Source of the DNA: Spirochaetia bacterium
GTDB lineage: Bacteria > Spirochaetota > Spirochaetia > SZUA-6 > Bin103
DNA length: 64,000 nucleotides
Assembly (NCBI GenBank): GCA_965203055.1
Contig: OZ241863.1
Location: 2,912,001 to 2,976,000, forward strand
Direction of reading: 5' to 3'
Part shown: piece after piece, positions 59,715 to 64,000 of the stretch
Numbering within the stretch: the stretch's first letter is position 1
How the letters are laid out: every line of letters begins with the position of its first letter
Notes under the pieces: model-generated
What the model saw: the letters and a program-made list of their open reading frames with translations, nothing else
Told to the model about the DNA's origin: nothing
Databases searched by the model: none
Translations under genes and position numbers: made by a program

Positions 59715-59853
59715 CGCCGCCAGAGTGAGGATCGAGCGCCGACGCGGCGCCGGCGCTCGAGCGGGGTCCCGGTGAGAACGGGGCGCCCGAATCGCTACCT
59801 GCCTTGGGGAATACGCCCGGCCGCCGACGGTTGGCCGCGCCGGCCAACCGCCA

Positions 59854-61407
59854 TCACCCTTCGCCTACCCGGACCCGAAGCTGCCTGCCGGACAGCGTGT
59901 CGCGCGCCCAAAACAGGTTCTGGTACCGGTCGTTGCCGCTTTCCGCCAGCACTGCGACGCCGGTCGCGGTGGTGCCTGTGGACGGCGCCGCCGCAAAGGT
60001 GACGGTGGGGGCCGAAGTATAGCCGCTCCCCCCGTTCGTGATCGTCACTGACGTAACCTCGGTTCTCAACGTCGCGGTGCCGACGGCCGTGGTGGCGCTG
60101 CCGCCGGACGGCGCTGCCGCAAAGGTGACGGTGGGGGCCGAGGTGTAGCCGCTCCCCGGGTTCGTGATCGTCACGTCCGCCACGTCATAGTTCATCACCG
60201 CGGTACCGATCGCCGTGGTGCCGCTGCGCGGTGGCGAAAAGTACACCGCGGGCGCCGAGGTATAGCCGCTCCCCCCGCTCGTGATCGTCACTCCGTCGAT
60301 CTTCTCGCGCAGCACCGCAACGCCGCGTGACCCGCCATCGGGATCGCCGCCGGCATTCGGGGCGAAGGTCACGGTGGGGGCCGAGGTGTAGCCGCTCCCC
60401 CGGTATCTGTCATCCCAATAGAACCCGACGCGGTCGACCTTGTCGCCGGAAAGGAACACGGTGACTATACTCGGCTTGGTCCCGCCCGGCCGCTGCGGTG
60501 CCGAGAATATGATCCGGGGCGTCGCGGTCCAGCCGCTCCCCGCCTCCGTGATCGTCACTGACTCGACTCTGTCGGGCCCAAACACGGTGCCGGCAGCCGT
60601 GGCGCCGCCGGCCGGCGGGGCCCCGAACGCGACGGTTGCGGTCGGGGTGTAGCCGGTCCCGCCGCTCGTGATCGACACCGACGCGACTTGACCGATTGCC
60701 ACTGCGGCGGCGGCAGCCGTGGTGCCGCCGGACGGCGCTGCCGCAAAGGTGACGGCGGGGGCCGAGGTGTAGCCGGCTCCCGGCGTCGTGACCCTCACGG
60801 ACGCGACTTGACCGGGCCCCGCCGCGGTGCCGGCGGCTGTGGCGCCGGCGGCCGGCGCGGCCCCGAACGTCACGGCCGGGGGCGCGGTGTAGCCGCTCCC
60901 GCGGTTCGTGATCCTGACCGACTCGACGTAGTCCAGCGCTTCCGTCTGATTCGGGGCGGTGAGCACGAGCACCACCGCTCCCGCACGGACTTCGAAGTCA
61001 ACCCTCCACTCCGCGCCGCTGAGATCGTTCTCGAAGCGCGGTGCGGTCGCCTTGTTCGTGAACGGCAGGTCGTGGCCGTCGATCGACACGGTCACCTTCT
61101 CGCCCTCGGCGCCGGTGATCCCGTCCCAGGCGAACGGCTTGGAACGGTTGGACGTTGCGATCAGGTTCGCGTCGTCATCGAAGGCGTCCTCCCCGATGGA
61201 CCAGATCTTCTCTGCCTGCTGTGTCTGCTGTGGCGGCGGGTCGGCCTCAGGCGGGGAGGCAGGCGAGGCAGGCGACGCCGGGGCGGCGGCGGTCGTTGCG
61301 GGTGGCCGCGCCGCCTGCGGGCACGCCGTCAGCGCGATGCCGGCGGCCACCGCGAGCGCCAGCATCGCTGCCGTCCGCTCCCTTACGCCCTTGGTTTCAG
61401 TCATCAT
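59854..61407 (-). CDS. Surface lipoprotein with 8 GSGYT repeats (paralogue 3)
   Basis: Lipobox-like ALTA-C; same flanking domain and C-terminus YQNLFWARDTLSGRQLRV; ATG 61407. Confidence 0.8.
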   Translation of the reverse strand: MMTETKGVRERTAAMLALAVAAGIALTACPQAARPPATTAAAPASPASPASPPEADPPPQQTQQAEKIWSIGEDAFDDDANLIATSNRSKPFAWDGITGAEGEKVTVSIDGHDLPFTNKATAPRFENDLSGAEWRVDFEVRAGAVVLVLTAPNQTEALDYVESVRITNRGSGYTAPPAVTFGAAPAAGATAAGTAAGPGQVASVRVTTPGAGYTSAPAVTFAAAPSGGTTAAAAAVAIGQVASVSITSGGTGYTPTATVAFGAPPAGGATAAGTVFGPDRVESVTITEAGSGWTATPRIIFSAPQRPGGTKPSIVTVFLSGDKVDRVGFYWDDRYRGSGYTSAPTVTFAPNAGGDPDGGSRGVAVLREKIDGVTITSGGSGYTSAPAVYFSPPRSGTTAIGTAVMNYDVADVTITNPGSGYTSAPTVTFAAAPSGGSATTAVGTATLRTEVTSVTITNGGSGYTSAPTVTFAAAPSTGTTATGVAVLAESGNDRYQNLFWARDTLSGRQLRVRVGEG

Positions 61408-61481
61408 GACGGTTCCTAAGATAAGGTTACCTGATGGATAGCACCACTGTCGCCCACGACGCCCTCCCCCCAGGGCCTCCT

Positions 61482-61512
61482 GGGCTCGTTCCAGGCGGCG
61501 CGGGTTCGGCAT
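61482..61512 (-). pseudogene. First 10 codons (MPNPRRLERA) of the O-antigen-ligase-like gene
   Basis: 31 bp identical to 53232-53262 in inverted orientation, then unrelated sequence. Confidence 0.8.
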
Positions 61513-61565
61513 CAGGCAAGCCTGGGCTTGGCCGAGCCGACTACCCGCCAGCGGGGACGAGGCTC

Positions 61566-62945
61566 CTAATCGTCATCGACGATGGTGACGGTCGCGGTAC
61601 ACCGCGACGGCAAACCGCACGTCAGGGGCGCCGGCGGCGAGATCGTCACCGTGAACGTCTCGTCCGGCTCATCGTCAAGGTCCCCCATCACTCCGATATA
61701 GATACTCACGGTCTGCGAAGTGGAGCCGGCCGGGAATAGCAGATACCCGTTGGTAAAGTCAGCCGCTTCGGGATGGTCGGGAGTGATAGCAGCACCTGCG
61801 TAATCATCACCCGACGTCGCCGTGCCGTCCGACAACCGATATGTCAAGCGCGCCGCCCGCGCCCGGGGGGTGGCCGAACTCAACCGCACCGGGAGCCTGT
61901 ACCCGGTTGGATACGGCAGCCATCTGGGCGTATACCCGGTCGTGATCAACCGGCCGCGGTTGCCTTCGGTAACGCTTTGATCGGCGATCGATATGGTGAT
62001 CGCCGCGTCGCCACCGCCCGCCGGCGGCGTTACCGGCGGCGGGTCACCACCGCCCGGCGGCGGCTGCGTGCCGGGATCGTCGGTCGTGGTGAACGACCAC
62101 ACGGTACCCTTGGTGGTGCCGTGCTCGTTCTTCGCGTCGACCCGCCAGTAGTAGGTCGTGGCGCTCGCCAGCCTCCGGTCGGCTGCGGTCGTGCCCGGCC
62201 TCCGTATGGTCCAGGCGGTGTAACGAGTGCGGACCGGCGTACCCAGGGCAGCGTCCGCGCCGAGGCTCCTCCCGGTCCCCCAGTAGAGGTCGTAGCTGGC
62301 CGTCCGCGCGCCCGCGGTCCAGTGCAGCTCCGGCGCGTCGACCGTCACCCCGGTCGCCCCGTCGCGGGGATTCGGGTTGCCGGCCGCTTCCGGCGCCTGC
62401 GACGGAGCCTCCAGCCACGGTCGGGCGCCGGGAATGGTCGGCGGCACGTCGTCCGGCAGGTCATCGACGTCGAAGCCGTCCGGCAAGTCGGATACTTCCG
62501 CAATGCACGCGTCGTTGGTATCGACCACGCAGGAGGTGCCGTCGGCGCGGCGGCTGATGATGTACAGGCGAGTGCCGGCGGGATAGCGAATCACGATCAG
62601 GGAGTACTCGGACTGATGAGATGACGCCGCACGCCCGGCCGGGTCGAACGCGCCGGCTACGGACCGGTTCGCCGGCGCCGCGCACGTGGCCGGCGCCGTG
62701 GCCCCGCCCAGGTGCAACGTGTCGGATACGATCGCGCCGTGGATTCCGGCGCCGCGGTCAAGCAGACGGATCGCCGAGTCCGCGCACGTGATCGCCGCTG
62801 CCGGTTCGGCCGCCGGCGGACTCGCAGGTTGGGCAGGATCGGGCTGCGTTGCGACCGGACGCGACGCCTGCTGGCAACCTGCCAACGTGAGCAGCAGTAT
62901 GCCGCCTACCGCCGATCCGACAGAGTACCGCATCACCTGGACCAT
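61566..62945 (-). CDS. Lipoprotein with FN3-like and Calx-beta domains (copy B)
   Basis: Inverted paralogue of 51817-53160: near-identical core, divergent Calx-beta interior. Confidence 0.8.
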   Translation of the reverse strand: MVQVMRYSVGSAVGGILLLTLAGCQQASRPVATQPDPAQPASPPAAEPAAAITCADSAIRLLDRGAGIHGAIVSDTLHLGGATAPATCAAPANRSVAGAFDPAGRAASSHQSEYSLIVIRYPAGTRLYIISRRADGTSCVVDTNDACIAEVSDLPDGFDVDDLPDDVPPTIPGARPWLEAPSQAPEAAGNPNPRDGATGVTVDAPELHWTAGARTASYDLYWGTGRSLGADAALGTPVRTRYTAWTIRRPGTTAADRRLASATTYYWRVDAKNEHGTTKGTVWSFTTTDDPGTQPPPGGGDPPPVTPPAGGGDAAITISIADQSVTEGNRGRLITTGYTPRWLPYPTGYRLPVRLSSATPRARAARLTYRLSDGTATSGDDYAGAAITPDHPEAADFTNGYLLFPAGSTSQTVSIYIGVMGDLDDEPDETFTVTISPPAPLTCGLPSRCTATVTIVDDD

Positions 62946-62971
62946 CAGACTTCAACCTGAACTGTTCTCCG

Positions 62972-63000
62972 ACCTTACGGCGAAGGGCGCCCGGCGTCAA
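62972..63000 (-). promoter_or_regulatory. Putative sigma70 promoter of Calx-beta copy B
   Basis: TTGACG-N17-TAAGGT on the minus strand. Confidence 0.5.
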
Positions 63001-63133
63001 CCTCCATGGGCGGGCGGACGGACGCCACTCTCCCCGACGCCATGAAGCGGGACGGCACGCGGCGTGCGGCTCGCCGGGTGGCGGGCGGCGTTGCATTTGA
63101 ACAGACTGCGCCCGGCTTGCTATCGTGGCGCGG

Positions 63134-64000
63134 ATGAGATCAGAGCCGCCGCAAGCGGTACGAAACTGCTCGCTCCTGTCGGTGGTGGTCGCCTGCTTCG
63201 ACGAGGAGGCGGTCATCTCCGAGACCCACCGCCGGCTGGTGGCCGCCCTGGAGCGCATACCGGAGACCGGATTCGAAATCATCTACGTCGACGACGGCAG
63301 CCGGGACGGCACCCTGGAGCTGTTGCGGGGACTGCAGGCGGCCGACGCGCGCGTGCGGGTGGTCGCTCTTGCCCGGAACTTCGGCCAACCGATGGCGCTT
63401 ACCGCCGGCGTGGCCGAAGCCGGCGGCGAGGCGGTGGCGGTGATCGACGCCGACCTGCAAGACCCGCCCGAGATCATCGCCGAGATGCTGGAGCGCTGGC
63501 GGCGGGGCGTCGACGTCGCCTACGGCCTGCGGCCCGACCGCGAAGGCGAGACCGCCTTCAAGCGCTGGACCTCCAGGGCGTACTACCGGCTCCTGGCGCG
63601 CATTACGGACGTCGCCATCCCGCTCGACACCGGCGAATTCCGGCTGATGGACCGCGCGGTCGTCGACGCCTTCCTGGCGATGCCGGAGCGCGACCGGTTC
63701 ATGCGCGGCATGATCGCCTGGGCCGGCTTCCGGCAGGAGCCGGTGCGCTACCGCCGGGCGCCGCGCGCCGCCGGGACGACCAAGTATTCGCTCAGGAAGA
63801 TGGTCGGCGTGGCCGCGGACGGCATCCTGTCGTTCTCCCTGCTTCCGTTGCGGGCGGCGACGTGGCTGGGCGCCGGCGCTGCCGGGCTGGCTCTGGCCGG
63901 CATCGTCTACGCGCTGGGCGCGCGGCTGGCCACCGGCGCCTGGGTCGGGGGCTGGGCGGCGACGTTCCTCGCCGTGCTGTTCCTGGGCGGCGCGCAACTC
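63134..64000 (+). CDS. GtrB/polyprenol-phosphate glycosyltransferase (GT2), 3' truncated by the window edge; absent from the ORF track
   Basis: Hand translation from ATG 63134: LSVVVACFDEE..IIYVDDGSRDGT..LARNFGQ..IDADLQDPPE..DTGEFRLMDR..ERDRFMRG..AGTTKYS. Confidence 0.9.
   Translation, partial: MRSEPPQAVRNCSLLSVVVACFDEEAVISETHRRLVAALERIPETGFEIIYVDDGSRDGTLELLRGLQAADARVRVVALARNFGQPMALTAGVAEAGGEAVAVIDADLQDPPEIIAEMLERWRRGVDVAYGLRPDREGETAFKRWTSRAYYRLLARITDVAIPLDTGEFRLMDRAVVDAFLAMPERDRFMRGMIAWAGFRQEPVRYRRAPRAAGTTKYSLRKMVGVAADGILSFSLLPLRAATWLGAGAAGLALAGIVYALGARLATGAWVGGWAATFLAVLFLGGAQL

Noticed and set aside
51817..62945. Diversity-generating retroelement behind the paralogue variation
   Set aside because: No reverse transcriptase seen; differences are block-like with indels, and I saw no adenine-specific pattern.

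Overview
Very GC-rich bacterial DNA. The signal-peptide style of the solute-binding protein and the many AAA/PD-(D/E)XK, Uma2, Rpn and TA genes are reminiscent of marine sponge-associated Spirochaetaceae, but this is only an impression. The first ~14 kb is metabolic and transport: larB/larC, an SDR epimerase, a BNR-repeat protein, a GHL10 hydrolase, peptide-type ABC components, a TRAP solute-binding protein, an oxidoreductase-epimerase fusion and a terpene-cyclase-like protein. The rest (~14-64 kb) is a strongly duplicated and rearranged cell-surface island. It encodes glycosyltransferases (two GT2, four GT-C/PMT-like, one O-fucosyltransferase-like, one O-antigen-ligase-like) and both PAPS-dependent and aryl-sulfate (ASST, three copies) sulfotransferases. 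It also encodes three Ser/Thr-rich lipoproteins built from ~40-aa GSGYT repeats and two inverted Calx-beta lipoprotein paralogues. Defence and TA debris is interleaved: an ATPase+TOPRIM-like pair, a collapsed type I R-M locus, hicAB/vapBC and three AAA-PD(D/E)XK copies. Main candidates for novelty: (i) a putative periplasmic glycosylation-plus-sulfation system whose GT-C and ASST enzymes share an uncharacterised Cys-paired C-terminal module (9 copies); (ii) repeat lipoproteins that look like out-and-back stalks with variable tips, one carrying a G12 tract; (iii) an ~8.2-kb segment bracketed by ~1.5-kb inverted paralogues. No rRNA, tRNA or CRISPR array was recognised.
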